This document shows positions 1-9,838 of a DNA stretch of 64,000 nucleotides, in pieces. Source of the stretch: Candidatus Beckwithbacteria bacterium GW2011_GWC1_49_16 (GTDB lineage Bacteria; Patescibacteriota; Microgenomatia; UBA1400; CG1-02-47-37). Each line of letters opens with the position of its first letter. Position 1 is the first letter of the stretch. The DNA is taken from the NCBI GenBank assembly GCA_001029675.1, contig CP011210.1, positions 581,663 through 645,662 of the forward strand, in the 5' to 3' direction. The notes below the pieces were generated by a model that was not told where the DNA came from, did not search any database, and worked only from the letters and a program-made list of their open reading frames with translations. The position numbers were made by a program, and so were the translations under genes.

Positions 1-595
1 AATATAAAAGGTAGGGTTGGCTAATGCCATAACGGGTCATGACTTTGGTCAACTTTCGGGGGGAGATTTTCCGGGTAAAACGTTTGTGGTTGATGCCGGG
101 GTAGACCACGGTGATATCTTGAGGTGCAAGGCCAAAGTGCTCAACCAAATCATTTTTCGAAGCGCGGGAGATGGTCAAAATGTGGCGGGCTTTTTTGACC
201 GAATAGCTGGTCCAGCGGGTGAGTTTAACCAGGTCAGTCTTTAAAAACTGATCGGGGAACTTGAGAAAGGCTAGGTCAAGAATGGTGACGATGCGGGGCA
301 CGGGGCAAAAGCGGGGGGCATAGTGGGTCAGGCTTAAAAAAGCTTTGAGGTTGGGAGTTTTATAAAGGGCCAGCGGTAGACGCCATTGAGTCCAGAACCA
401 ACCCGGCCTTAAAACCCGGTAGCGCCAGTGACCTACGGCTTGGGGCAGGTCGCCCGCGGGAGGGTTTTTTAAAAAGATTTGGTAGCGGTTTTGGCGGTCG
501 AGCTGGCTGATCTGCCAGAGAATTTGGGAAGCAAACTCGTTGCTGCCTACCTTATTTTCTACGTTGGCTTCGTTGGCGTCAATGCCGATGAGCAT
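1..595 (-). CDS. GT4 family glycosyltransferase, runs off the window start (missing from the ORF track)
   Basis: Manual translation from ATG at 595: MLIGIDANEANVENKVGSNEFASQIL...LSLTHYAPRFCPVPRIVTILDLAFLKFP, a typical GT4 N-terminal domain. Overlaps the end of 579..1691. Confidence 0.85.
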   Translation of the reverse strand, partial: MLIGIDANEANVENKVGSNEFASQILWQISQLDRQNRYQIFLKNPPAGDLPQAVGHWRYRVLRPGWFWTQWRLPLALYKTPNLKAFLSLTHYAPRFCPVPRIVTILDLAFLKFPDQFLKTDLVKLTRWTSYSVKKARHILTISRASKNDLVEHFGLAPQDITVVYPGINHKRFTRKISPRKLTKVMTRYGISQPYLLY

Positions 596-1691
596 AAACT
601 TGGTGGTAAATTTTGAGAGTTTCCCTGGCAGTTTTACCCCAGGAAAATTTTTGAGCCTGGGTAAAACCTAAGTTTATCCGGGCGCGCCTTTGAGCCGGCG
701 TTAGTTTTAAAACTTGGTTTATGGCCCGGGCAATTTTTGCCGGGCTTTTGGCGTCGGCATAAAAGGCGGCTTGGCCGCCTAACTCCGGCAGGCTCGAACC
801 GGTAGAGGTCACCACCGGACAGCCCGAAGCCAAAGCCTCTAGAATCGGCAAGCCGAAGCCCTCGTAGAGGGAAGGGTAAACCAAGGCTTTAGCCCCACAG
901 TATAAGATGCTCAAGTCTTCGTCGGGGACAAAGCCAATAAGCTTGATCCCTTTGACCGGCTTGACTTGGTCTCCCCAGCCGAATTTGCCGGCGATGACGA
1001 GAGTTAATTCACTCCCGGAGTGGTGTTGATAGGCTTTAATCAACCGCGCCAGGTTTTTTCTTGGCTCCTGGGTGCCGACGGATAAAAGATAGTCCCCTTT
1101 TAACTGGTACTTGGCTTTGACCCAGCGAATTTCCCCTTTGTCGTTTACCGGCTTGAAAACCTCGGCCGGGGCCAGGTAAACCACGGCCAGTTTGTCTTCA
1201 GGAATACCGTAGGTTAAAAGATCTTTTTTGGTGGCGACAGAATCAACGATAATCTTGGCAGCTTTTTTTTGGGCCAGCTTCAGGTGGCGGGTTTGGGCTT
1301 TGACCACTTTGGCGGTATGGGCTTGAGGAAACTTTAAAAAAGTTAGGTCGTGGATGGTGGTGACAATTTGGGCGCCGCTGGGAGGCAGGGCCCAGTTTGA
1401 GGCGTGGAAAATGTCAGTTCGCCCGGTAAAGTGATCGGGGCTGACGATTTGCCAGCGGTTCCAGAAAAGGTCAACTAAGGCAGGAGAAAGGTTGGTGACG
1501 ACTTTTTTTATCCCGGGGCGGTCGACCTGTTTTAAGAAAGCCTTCAAGGTATCTTTTTGGCGCAGGCTGCCGCCGTAAAGGACGTAGCGGTTTTTTTTAT
1601 CAAGCGCCAGCAGGCTTTTAACCAGCTGCTCTGTGTAACGGGAAACGCCGAGCTGATAGACGATCTGGGAGATGTCAATGGCGATGGTCAT
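579..1691 (-). CDS. GT4 family glycosyltransferase
   Basis: TIHDL, VGTQEPRKN and PSLYEGFGLPILEALASG motifs. Confidence 0.92.
   Translation of the reverse strand: MTIAIDISQIVYQLGVSRYTEQLVKSLLALDKKNRYVLYGGSLRQKDTLKAFLKQVDRPGIKKVVTNLSPALVDLFWNRWQIVSPDHFTGRTDIFHASNWALPPSGAQIVTTIHDLTFLKFPQAHTAKVVKAQTRHLKLAQKKAAKIIVDSVATKKDLLTYGIPEDKLAVVYLAPAEVFKPVNDKGEIRWVKAKYQLKGDYLLSVGTQEPRKNLARLIKAYQHHSGSELTLVIAGKFGWGDQVKPVKGIKLIGFVPDEDLSILYCGAKALVYPSLYEGFGLPILEALASGCPVVTSTGSSLPELGGQAAFYADAKSPAKIARAINQVLKLTPAQRRARINLGFTQAQKFSWGKTARETLKIYHQVYAHRH
1010..1022. repeat. 13-bp CAC-N7-GTG palindrome (CACTCCCGGAGTG) within a CDS
   Basis: 6-bp arms. Near-identical to the copies at 35071-35105. Confidence 0.5.
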
Positions 1692-3064
1692 TTAATATAT
1701 TGTATCAGGGTGAGATCACCGGTGAAGTGACGGACGAAATTTGGCTTAAAACCGGAGAGTTCAAGTTTTTGGCGGCTGGTTAGGCTGGGATCAAAGATAG
1801 CTTCGGCGTAGGGCACCAGCCAAATCTGACGAGCGTCAAGAACCGAAGCCAGGTTGTCGCTGGCGACGATGTTGCCGGCATAGTAATATTTTAAAGGCGC
1901 GTCAACCACGGGGATGATCACCACCGGTTGAAGGTTTAAGTTTTTCTCGACCAGGACTTTGACTAAGCCCCGCCAGTCTTCCCGGTGGAATTTGGGGTTT
2001 AATAGATAAACGGCGGAAGCGGTCAGGTTTAAGACAAGAAAAAAAGCCAAGGCTAACCCTTGATAGTTTTTTTTGAGCAAACTTGCGCCCAACACCAGCC
2101 CCAAGTAAAAAGCCGGCAGCAAAAACAAGAGGCGAAAATAAGCCAGGACCGGGACTTTGACAGAAACTAAAACTATCAGTAAAAAAGGTAAAACCAACCA
2201 GGAAAAAATGACCACTTTGGCAAAGCTTAATTTGGGCTTGGCCTTAAGGGCCAAAATAATCAGCCAGGAAGACAACGCCAAGGGCACGGCTAAGACGAGA
2301 GCAAAGACAAAGTTGTTATCGATGGCGATGCGGCCGACTAAAAACTTGACCGGGATGAGGCTTAGGTTTTTGAAACTTACGCCGCCGACGACGCTACTCC
2401 AAGCCGGGCTGGCGGCAGCGGAAGCAAGGCCGACTTTAACCTGGCTAAATAAAGTCGGCAGCCAGGGTATGAAGGTTAAGACTGAAGCCAATTGAAGCAG
2501 AAAAACTTTTTTAAATTTTGACCTATCTAATAAAAAAACTGCCACGGCTTGGGCGGGCAAGACAAACCAAGCCAAATAGTGAGAATAAAGCAAGCTAGTT
2601 AAAAAGAAAAAATACTGCCACTGGTGGCTGCCCGATCTTATCAAGCGGATGAGACAAAAAAATGAGCCGGTGACTGCCAAAGTCACCAGGCTATACATTC
2701 TGGCCTCCTGGGAATAGTAAAGGTGCAAACCTGATGTTGCTAGTAAAAGCGCTGGCCAGTGGGCAACTTTTTTGGGTAAAACTTCGCGGGCGATAAGATA
2801 AACCAAATAAACTGTAGCCACGCCAAAAACGACCGATGGTAAACGTAAAGCCACCTCCGAGTTACCGAAAATCTTGCTAAAAAAGAAGTTGACTAAGTAA
2901 GACAAAGGCGGGTTAAAATCGTTTTTCAGGTAGACGTTTAAAAGGCCGGAAAGAGAAAAGTTTGCGATAGCTTTGGCTTGAAAAGCCTCATCCAGCCAAA
3001 GCGACTGGTTGAGGTTAATTATTCTTAAGAAAGCGGCAAAAAATAAAACAAAAGCGAGCATCAA
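1688..3064 (-). CDS. GT-C fold membrane glycosyltransferase (PMT_2/ArnT-like)
   Basis: SLWLDE after TM1, PPL, RLPS and YSQEARMY motifs; many TM helices. Confidence 0.85.
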   Translation of the reverse strand: MMLAFVLFFAAFLRIINLNQSLWLDEAFQAKAIANFSLSGLLNVYLKNDFNPPLSYLVNFFFSKIFGNSEVALRLPSVVFGVATVYLVYLIAREVLPKKVAHWPALLLATSGLHLYYSQEARMYSLVTLAVTGSFFCLIRLIRSGSHQWQYFFFLTSLLYSHYLAWFVLPAQAVAVFLLDRSKFKKVFLLQLASVLTFIPWLPTLFSQVKVGLASAAASPAWSSVVGGVSFKNLSLIPVKFLVGRIAIDNNFVFALVLAVPLALSSWLIILALKAKPKLSFAKVVIFSWLVLPFLLIVLVSVKVPVLAYFRLLFLLPAFYLGLVLGASLLKKNYQGLALAFFLVLNLTASAVYLLNPKFHREDWRGLVKVLVEKNLNLQPVVIIPVVDAPLKYYYAGNIVASDNLASVLDARQIWLVPYAEAIFDPSLTSRQKLELSGFKPNFVRHFTGDLTLIQYIK

Positions 3065-3065
3065 A

Positions 3066-3884
3066 TCAGTACCTCCGCCCGGTCAAACTGATAAGCGCTC
3101 CGATTAAAAGCCCCAAGTCGTAGACTAACTGATAAATCACCATTCTGGCCTCGACAAAGCGGACGGCCTTTAAACTGCCCCAAACCAAGGAAAAGACGGC
3201 GTTGGCGCGAAAGGCGGCCCAAATGGCTCCCCAAGACCCGAGTTTGTAAGGACGTTTACCCACCCAAACGGCGTGGCTAAAGATTTTGGTGATGGTTTCC
3301 GGGTGAGAGTGAAAAAACTTGGCAGGAGTGCGGTAAGGCACAAACCCGAGCTTGTCGGCCAGGGTCCAGTCGTCGGTGTAACCGGTGGGGGTAAAACCGC
3401 CGGCGCGGTCAAAGTCTTTTTTGAGGATGGCCCGAAAAACCTCTTTTTGCCCGGTTGACTCCCCGACCATTTTATTGCTTCCCCGCCAGTGGTAGAAATT
3501 AGCGCACCTGGCCCAATGATGGTACCAGTTTTTGACCCATTCGTTGCCCGACCAGGTGCCCCTAGCCTTACCGCTTGAAATCGGTCGGGTCAAGAACTTT
3601 AGAAATTGGCGGTCAAACTCCATGTCGGCATCGACAAAAACCAGGATGTCTCCGGTGGCGTGATGCGCGCCGAAGTTTCTGGATAGCCCCGGCCCTTGGT
3701 GGGGGCGGCGAAAAAGCCTGACTGAAAATCTTTTGGCGGTTTCGGCGGTGCCATCACGCGAGCCGTCGTCGACCACGATGATTTCTTTCGGCTTTAAGGA
3801 TTGACGGCTAAGGCTTTGAAGACAAGTGGCAATGGTCGCTTGGCTGTTGTAAGCGGGAATGATGACGGAAACAGATTTAACCAT
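3066..3884 (-). CDS. GT2 family glycosyltransferase
   Basis: SVIIPAYN, VVDDGS and FVDAD motifs. Confidence 0.9.
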   Translation of the reverse strand: MVKSVSVIIPAYNSQATIATCLQSLSRQSLKPKEIIVVDDGSRDGTAETAKRFSVRLFRRPHQGPGLSRNFGAHHATGDILVFVDADMEFDRQFLKFLTRPISSGKARGTWSGNEWVKNWYHHWARCANFYHWRGSNKMVGESTGQKEVFRAILKKDFDRAGGFTPTGYTDDWTLADKLGFVPYRTPAKFFHSHPETITKIFSHAVWVGKRPYKLGSWGAIWAAFRANAVFSLVWGSLKAVRFVEARMVIYQLVYDLGLLIGALISLTGRRY

Positions 3885-3896
3885 TAATCCTCTTAT

Positions 3897-5192
3897 TTAA
3901 TCATAATATTCAAATCTTGGCTCGCTACGACTGGGGATAAATTTTATCTGACGACCGGCATAAAAAGAAACGAACAAACCGTTTAAATCGATGAATTCTT
4001 CGCTGGCGTAGACGGTTACCAGCTGGCCTTCGGGCGCAGTTTGATTAATTAAAGTGCCCAAGTCGTAACCGGGGCGGTGGGCCTGGGTGGCGTAAAGAGC
4101 CTCGACGAATTGGCGGCGTTCCCAGGCGATAACAAAGATTAAGGTTAAAAGGGTAACCAGGGCTAACTTAAAGCTCTTTTTCTTCAGCCATTCGACCAGC
4201 CAAGAAAAACTTAGGGCCAGGAAGGGCAAAAGGAAGATGTTGAAGTATTCGTGGATATAAACGACGTTGGAAAAAATCACCGGGTAAGCAAGACCAAATA
4301 AAAATAAAACTAAGATAATTGACGCCTGCGGCGTCAGGGCGGTAAGCCGTTTGAGGTTTTTAAGCTGGGCCAGCAAAAAGATTAAGCCGGCGGCGGCTAA
4401 AATTCTGGTGTAATAAACCGTCAGCCAGCGTACTTCTTGGATCAAGTAACCTTTTAAGGTAAAGCTGGCCGAGCGGGGGTCAACAGAGTCCAGCGTTGAG
4501 GTTAAGTTAAGCCTTAATAATAAAGCCTCAAGCAGTCCCCCCCCGGTGAAAGAACCGGTTAACCAGAAAACGTGAATCAGGTGGAGTGCAAAAGTCGCCA
4601 CTAAAACACCCAGGCTTAAGGCTGCGGCGCGTTTGAGCCGGGGTTTGAAAATGGCCGCGTGTAAAAAAATAAAGGGGTAAAGAAAGTAGCCGGCCCAGCC
4701 GGTCAAGCCGTTTAGGGCTGTAGCAATGAGGAATTTGATTAGGTTTGGCCGGTTCGGTTGTTTACCAAGATCAAGATAAAAGTTTAGGGATAAAAAAGAA
4801 AAAAAGACGATCATGGCCTCCTGGGAAGGCATGAGGGAAAAGTAACGCACCATCGGGCTAGCGGCTACGGCCAAGGCGGCCAGAGAACCCAGCCGGGAAA
4901 ACTTGAGTTTTCTGGCGATAACTACCAGCAAAATCAAATAACCCAGGGTAAAGACGGCGGGGACTACCCTGGCGACTAAGTCTGAAACGCCGAAAAGTTT
5001 GAAAGCCAAAGCCAAAGTCAAAGGAAACAGAGGCGGGTAGTGGGTGTAGTAACCTCCTCCGGTAAACTGGCCTAGTTTGGTAATGACTAACCCCAGATTC
5101 AAGTAGTTACGGGCAATTTGACTATAAAAAACCCCGTTCCAGTCGTGATGGCCGATGAAAGGTTTTACCAGCTGATTTATAAAACCTGCCAT
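3897..5192 (-). CDS. GT-C fold membrane glycosyltransferase (ArnT-like)
   Basis: YTHYPPL, FGVSDLVAR and multi-TM pattern. No obvious first TM helix before the HHDWN loop. Confidence 0.75.
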   Translation of the reverse strand: MAGFINQLVKPFIGHHDWNGVFYSQIARNYLNLGLVITKLGQFTGGGYYTHYPPLFPLTLALAFKLFGVSDLVARVVPAVFTLGYLILLVVIARKLKFSRLGSLAALAVAASPMVRYFSLMPSQEAMIVFFSFLSLNFYLDLGKQPNRPNLIKFLIATALNGLTGWAGYFLYPFIFLHAAIFKPRLKRAAALSLGVLVATFALHLIHVFWLTGSFTGGGLLEALLLRLNLTSTLDSVDPRSASFTLKGYLIQEVRWLTVYYTRILAAAGLIFLLAQLKNLKRLTALTPQASIILVLFLFGLAYPVIFSNVVYIHEYFNIFLLPFLALSFSWLVEWLKKKSFKLALVTLLTLIFVIAWERRQFVEALYATQAHRPGYDLGTLINQTAPEGQLVTVYASEEFIDLNGLFVSFYAGRQIKFIPSRSEPRFEYYD

Positions 5193-6208
5193 AGTTTTAA
5201 GTATTTTTGGGCCAGACCATCCCAGGAGAACTTCAAGGCCTGGGTTCGGGGAGAAACGGGCGGCTGGCGGCTTAAAGCTTTTTTAAGGGCAGAAGCGTAG
5301 AGGTTTAAGTTGGTGGGATCGACCAGGTAGCCGGCCCGACCGACCAATTCGGCTCTTATGGGATCGTCGGTAACTACCACCGGCAGGCCCGAGGCCAAAG
5401 CCTCCAAAATGCTGATGCCGTAGGCCTCAACCGGAAGAGCCGGCAAGGTGTAGGCTTGACAGCTTCTATAAACCGGGGGGAGATCGCGGTAGCCAACGGC
5501 AATGTTTTTAAACCGGTTTCCCAAAAGCTTTTGACCCAAAGTAATTGTTTCCGGCCGCTGGCTGCCGACCAGAAGCAGGCTGGCGTTTTTGGCTTGGGCC
5601 ACCGCTTTGATGGCCAGTCCCGCCCGCTTGGTTTTTTGGGGGCCGGCGACGGTCAGGATCACCGGCGGCTTTAAGCCATGGTGAAACTTTTTACCTTGCC
5701 GGGTAAAGCGGGCGGTGTTGACGCCGACGGCAATGGTTTTAAGGTTGGCTTTGGGGTTGACGCTTTTGGCCCAACTGGCGTGAAAGCGGGTTAAGCAGAT
5801 AAAAACGTCAGGCTTTAACCAAAGGTTGACTTTGTCGTCCCAGCCGATGCCGGAAAAACCGGCGAGAGTCAGCTTGGTGGGACGTTGGCGGCAAAAGAGT
5901 TTGGCGTAAAGGCTCATCCAGCCGTTGTTTAAAGGCAAAAGGATGTCGGGCGGATCAGCTTCAAGTTTTTTGAGGACCATTTTTGTAAAACGGCAGACCG
6001 AAAGGCTGGTAGGGTCGAGATAAAGGTAGTTGAGGATTGTGGGGCGGCCGGCCGGCGGCAGCCGGGGCTTTAAACCAACCGATGCCGCCGAGTAAACAGT
6101 TAAGTCAATTTTATCCTTGAGACGGGCTTGAATTTCTGTGACAATGGTTTCTACCCCGCGGCTGACGGTTCCGGAGTAATAACTTAGGATAACCACTTTT
6201 TTCTTCAT
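5177..6208 (-). CDS. GT4 family glycosyltransferase
   Basis: RGVET at the N-terminus; EAYGISILEALASGLPVV motif. Confidence 0.88.
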   Translation of the reverse strand: MKKKVVILSYYSGTVSRGVETIVTEIQARLKDKIDLTVYSAASVGLKPRLPPAGRPTILNYLYLDPTSLSVCRFTKMVLKKLEADPPDILLPLNNGWMSLYAKLFCRQRPTKLTLAGFSGIGWDDKVNLWLKPDVFICLTRFHASWAKSVNPKANLKTIAVGVNTARFTRQGKKFHHGLKPPVILTVAGPQKTKRAGLAIKAVAQAKNASLLLVGSQRPETITLGQKLLGNRFKNIAVGYRDLPPVYRSCQAYTLPALPVEAYGISILEALASGLPVVVTDDPIRAELVGRAGYLVDPTNLNLYASALKKALSRQPPVSPRTQALKFSWDGLAQKYLKLWQVL

Positions 6209-7467
6209 GTTGGTTTCGGTCGATAGGTTAAAGCCAGGACTGCGGTCAAGGTGTTAAGGGCAATTAAGGTTAAGCTGGCGGCCAAAGCGGCGCCAACGGC
6301 CTGATATTGGGGAATCAGGACTAAGTCCAGACCAACCAGAAGGGCAAGCTGAATTAAACTTAGTCCAAAAAATACTTTAACCCTGCCGGTGGAGTAGATC
6401 AAGTGCGAGACATAGGGGGCGCCGGCGACAAAAAAGGCAAAACCTAAGGATAAAATCTTGGTGGGCAAAACCGCTGCTTGGTAGCCCGAACCAAAAATCA
6501 GCTGGACTAAAAATTCTGATAAGGGGATGATCAGTAAAACCAGGGCTGCCAAGATCAAGCTTAGCTTAGCGGCTTTAAACAGGTATTTTTGGCTGGTAGC
6601 CGAATCGGGAAAAGAGGCAAAGCGGGGAGCAAAGATTAGGCTCAAGGCGGCGGCAAACTGAATGGCGGGCATAAAAAAGCGGTAGGCCGCCTGGTAGATG
6701 CCGGTGGTGGTGGCGTCGGTTAACCTCAATAAGATGGCGGTGTCGACGCGGCCGTGGATGGCGGCTAAAATAAAACCGGCAGTGAGCCACTTTTGAAAAT
6801 GAAAAAATCTGCGTTTAACTTTGGGGGTCACCTTGGCTTTTAAAAAGTCCCAGGAAATAAGCTTGGCTCCCAACACCAGACCGCCGACAGCCCCCAGGGT
6901 ATAAGCCAACAAGCTGTTGCCCACGGTCAAGCGGGCCACCAAGTAGATGGCTACCACCGCTGCCAGGCGCAACAGGTTGATGATAATGTCGACGCTGGTG
7001 TCGGCTAAGAATCGCCTTTGGGACTGGAGTAGGGCCTTAGGGAAACGGAAAAGAAACACGGCCGGAATAATCGCGGCGGCTAAAAGCAAGTAGGGTTTTA
7101 GCTCGGGGTGAATCAGGTTGGCAACGGGTTGACTCAAGACGGCAAATAAGGCACCGGCAGTTAGACCCAAGATCAGTTTTAAATAAAAACCGTATTTGAT
7201 AAAACTTTTGTCAGCATCGGTGGCTTGGGAGGCAAAATTGACGATAGAACTGGAGATAGCTAAATCGATTGAGTCGATGACGATGACCACTATGGCCAAA
7301 GCGGTCGTGTAAAGGCCAAAACCGGTGGGGCCGAGTAACCGGGCGATTAAAAAAATGCTGGCGGCGGCAAGAAGCGTGCTCAAACCCATGCCGGCGGTAA
7401 CGATAACCGCGTCTTTGATGGTTTGAGTCCTGGTGACGGCCAGAAGGCTTTTGATAATCTTAGCCAT
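6205..7467 (-). CDS. wzx: Wzx-type oligosaccharide flippase
   Basis: ARLLGPTGFGLY, D..IL...TGIYQAAYR and GAALA motifs; about 12 TM helices. Confidence 0.85.
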   Translation of the reverse strand: MAKIIKSLLAVTRTQTIKDAVIVTAGMGLSTLLAAASIFLIARLLGPTGFGLYTTALAIVVIVIDSIDLAISSSIVNFASQATDADKSFIKYGFYLKLILGLTAGALFAVLSQPVANLIHPELKPYLLLAAAIIPAVFLFRFPKALLQSQRRFLADTSVDIIINLLRLAAVVAIYLVARLTVGNSLLAYTLGAVGGLVLGAKLISWDFLKAKVTPKVKRRFFHFQKWLTAGFILAAIHGRVDTAILLRLTDATTTGIYQAAYRFFMPAIQFAAALSLIFAPRFASFPDSATSQKYLFKAAKLSLILAALVLLIIPLSEFLVQLIFGSGYQAAVLPTKILSLGFAFFVAGAPYVSHLIYSTGRVKVFFGLSLIQLALLVGLDLVLIPQYQAVGAALAASLTLIALNTLTAVLALTYRPKPT

Positions 7468-7476
7468 GAGTTGAGT

Positions 7477-7839
7477 TTAGCTTTTGGCGACCACGAGAAT
7501 GCCGGAAACGATAATCATCAAACCCAGCCAGCGCAAGGGGGGGACGGTCTCTTTGAGCACCAACCAAGATAAAAAGACGGTGACGACGTAGGAGGCGGCC
7601 ACCAAAGGGTAGACAAAAGAAAGCTTTTCCCGGGATAAGACCACCAGCCAGATAAGCGCGCTGACAAAATAAAAAAACAACCCCAACAAAACCAGCGGGT
7701 TTAAAAAAATCTTGATAAACTCTGAAACCACCGAAGTCTTGGTGAGGCTGATTTCGCCTACTTGGTTCATGCCGCTTTTTAGAATCAGTTGGCCGATAGC
7801 GGCCACGATTACAGGCGTAAAAATCAAGACAAATCTCAT
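7477..7839 (-). CDS. SMR/EamA small 4-TM transporter (ArnE/ArnF-like lipid-sugar flippase)
   Basis: GQLILKSG, LSFVYPL and LKETV motifs; 120 aa. Confidence 0.8.
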   Translation of the reverse strand: MRFVLIFTPVIVAAIGQLILKSGMNQVGEISLTKTSVVSEFIKIFLNPLVLLGLFFYFVSALIWLVVLSREKLSFVYPLVAASYVVTVFLSWLVLKETVPPLRWLGLMIIVSGILVVAKS

Positions 7840-7864
7840 CTAGTATGATAGTATCACATTAGTT

Positions 7865-8854
7865 ATGGGCAATAAAAGTGCGTTGGTTACCGGCGGTGCC
7901 GGCTTTATCGGTTCCCACCTTTGCGAGGTGCTTTTAAGAAAAAAGTATCGCGTGATTTGCGTCGATAACTTTTTGACCGGCGACCGGCAAAACGTCAAAG
8001 CCCTAATGGATCAAAGCGGTTTTTTGCTGGTAAATGCCGATGTGACCAAAAAACTGCCCGAGGTGCTTTTGGACGAGCCGGTCGACTATGTTTATCATCT
8101 GGCCAGCCCGGCCAGCCCCAACGAGAAAAGCCCGATCTCCTATTTAAGCCTGCCTCTGGAGACTATGGACGTTAATTCTTTGGGGACGAGAAGGATGCTT
8201 AGATTATCCAAAAAGAAAAAGGCCCGCTTTGTTTATGCTTCGACCTCCGAAGTCTATGGCGACCCCAAGGTCCATCCCCAAACCGAAGATTACTGGGGCA
8301 ACGTCAACCCGAGAGGGGTGAGAGCCTGCTACGACGAAAGCAAACGCTTCGGCGAAGCCTTGACCATGGTTTACGTCAGGAAATTCAAGCTCGACGCCAG
8401 GATCGTCAGGATTTTCAACACCTATGGGCCGAGGATGGACTTGAGAGACGGCCGGGCCGTAGTCAACTTTATTACCCAAGCTTTGAAAAACGAACCGCTG
8501 ACGATCCACGGCAAGGGCAGCCAAACCAGGAGTTTTTGTTACGTCGACGACTTGGTCAAAGGCTTAATCAAGCTAGCGGAAACCGACAACCTGACCGGAG
8601 AAGTAGTCAACCTGGGCAGCACCGAGGAGCTGACGGTGCTTGACATGGCAAAAAAAGTCAAAAGAGCTACTAAGTCTAAATCAGAATTTACCTACACCAA
8701 GCGGCCTGATGATGATCCAAGGAAAAGAAGGCCCGATATTTCCAAGGCAAGAAGGCTGTTGGGTTGGACGCCGAATGTGGGCTTTAGTCAGGGCTTGAAA
8801 AAGACTATTGCCTATTTTGAAGCCAAACTCAGAGATGAAACGGTCACGGCCTAA
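7865..8854 (+). CDS. uxs: UDP-glucuronate decarboxylase (UDP-xylose synthase)
   Basis: GGAGFIG, HLASPASP, STSEVYGDP, YWGNVNP, CYDESKR and RIFNTYGPRM motifs. Confidence 0.9.
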   Translation: MGNKSALVTGGAGFIGSHLCEVLLRKKYRVICVDNFLTGDRQNVKALMDQSGFLLVNADVTKKLPEVLLDEPVDYVYHLASPASPNEKSPISYLSLPLETMDVNSLGTRRMLRLSKKKKARFVYASTSEVYGDPKVHPQTEDYWGNVNPRGVRACYDESKRFGEALTMVYVRKFKLDARIVRIFNTYGPRMDLRDGRAVVNFITQALKNEPLTIHGKGSQTRSFCYVDDLVKGLIKLAETDNLTGEVVNLGSTEELTVLDMAKKVKRATKSKSEFTYTKRPDDDPRKRRPDISKARRLLGWTPNVGFSQGLKKTIAYFEAKLRDETVTA

Positions 8855-9803
8855 AACGGTCCTGGTGACCGGTAACGCCGGCTTTATCGGCTCGCATTTA
8901 ACCGAGAAGTTGCTGGCGGATAACTACCGGGTAATCGGGGTAGACAACTTTAACGACTTTTACGACCCCAAGGTCAAGGAAAAAAATGTCGCTGCGGCGA
9001 AAAAAAATCCCCGCTTCAAACAGTACCGGACAGACATTACCGACTTTGGCGCTTTAGAGCGGATTTTTGAGGAAAGCGAGATTGACTTGGTCGTCCATCT
9101 GGCGGCGCGGGCGGGAGTCAGGCCGTCTTTGGTTTATCCCCGGCTGTATCAAAAAGTCAACGTCGAAGGAACGGTTAATTTGTTAGAGCTGACCCGCAAG
9201 TTTGAGGTCGGCAGGTTTATCTTTGGTTCGTCCTCCAGCGTCTACGGCGAGCAAAAAAAAGTCCCCTTTTCCGAGACCGACCCGGTCAACCGACCGGTCA
9301 GCCCCTACGCGGCCAGTAAAAAATCAGCCGAGATGTTTTGTTTTGCCTACTCAAAGCTGTTTGGCATCAAGACCACGGTGTTGCGGTTTTTTACCGTTTA
9401 TGGCCCCCGGGGGCGGCCGGACATGGCGCCGTATATTTTTGCCAAGGCGATTCTGAAAGGGGAGCCGATCACCCGCTATGGCAAAGGCGACACCAGCCGC
9501 GACTATACTTATGTCGACGATGTTGTGACCGGAATTTTGGCGGCGGTTAAAAAGCCCTTTGATTATGAAGTGATCAACCTGGGCCACAACCGGCCGGTGA
9601 AGTTAAACCAGTTTATTGCTACCATCGAGAAAATAGCCGGCAAAAAAGCCAAAATCTTTGAGCAGCCGCGCCACCCGGCAGACGTCAGCCAAACCTTTGC
9701 CGATATTGGTAAGGCCAAAAAACTGCTCGCCTGGCAGCCAAAAACCGATCTAGAAACAGGTCTAAGACGCTTCCTCAACTGGTACTCTAACTCACAACCA
9801 TAA
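8835..9803 (+). CDS. UDP-glucuronate 4-epimerase-like extended SDR
   Basis: HLAARAGVRPS, PYAASKKSAE and RFFTVYGPRGRPDMA motifs. ATG at 8835 preferred over the TTG at 8808. Confidence 0.85.
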   Translation: MKRSRPKTVLVTGNAGFIGSHLTEKLLADNYRVIGVDNFNDFYDPKVKEKNVAAAKKNPRFKQYRTDITDFGALERIFEESEIDLVVHLAARAGVRPSLVYPRLYQKVNVEGTVNLLELTRKFEVGRFIFGSSSSVYGEQKKVPFSETDPVNRPVSPYAASKKSAEMFCFAYSKLFGIKTTVLRFFTVYGPRGRPDMAPYIFAKAILKGEPITRYGKGDTSRDYTYVDDVVTGILAAVKKPFDYEVINLGHNRPVKLNQFIATIEKIAGKKAKIFEQPRHPADVSQTFADIGKAKKLLAWQPKTDLETGLRRFLNWYSNSQP

Positions 9804-9838
9804 CATCTAGATTGACGATCGTCACTCAAATTGTTATG
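9799..9838. terminator. Symmetric dyad between convergent genes (possible bidirectional terminator or operator)
   Basis: CATAACA-7nt-TGACGATCGTCA-7nt-TGTTATG: a perfect central 12-bp palindrome with complementary outer arms. No U-tract. Confidence 0.3.
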
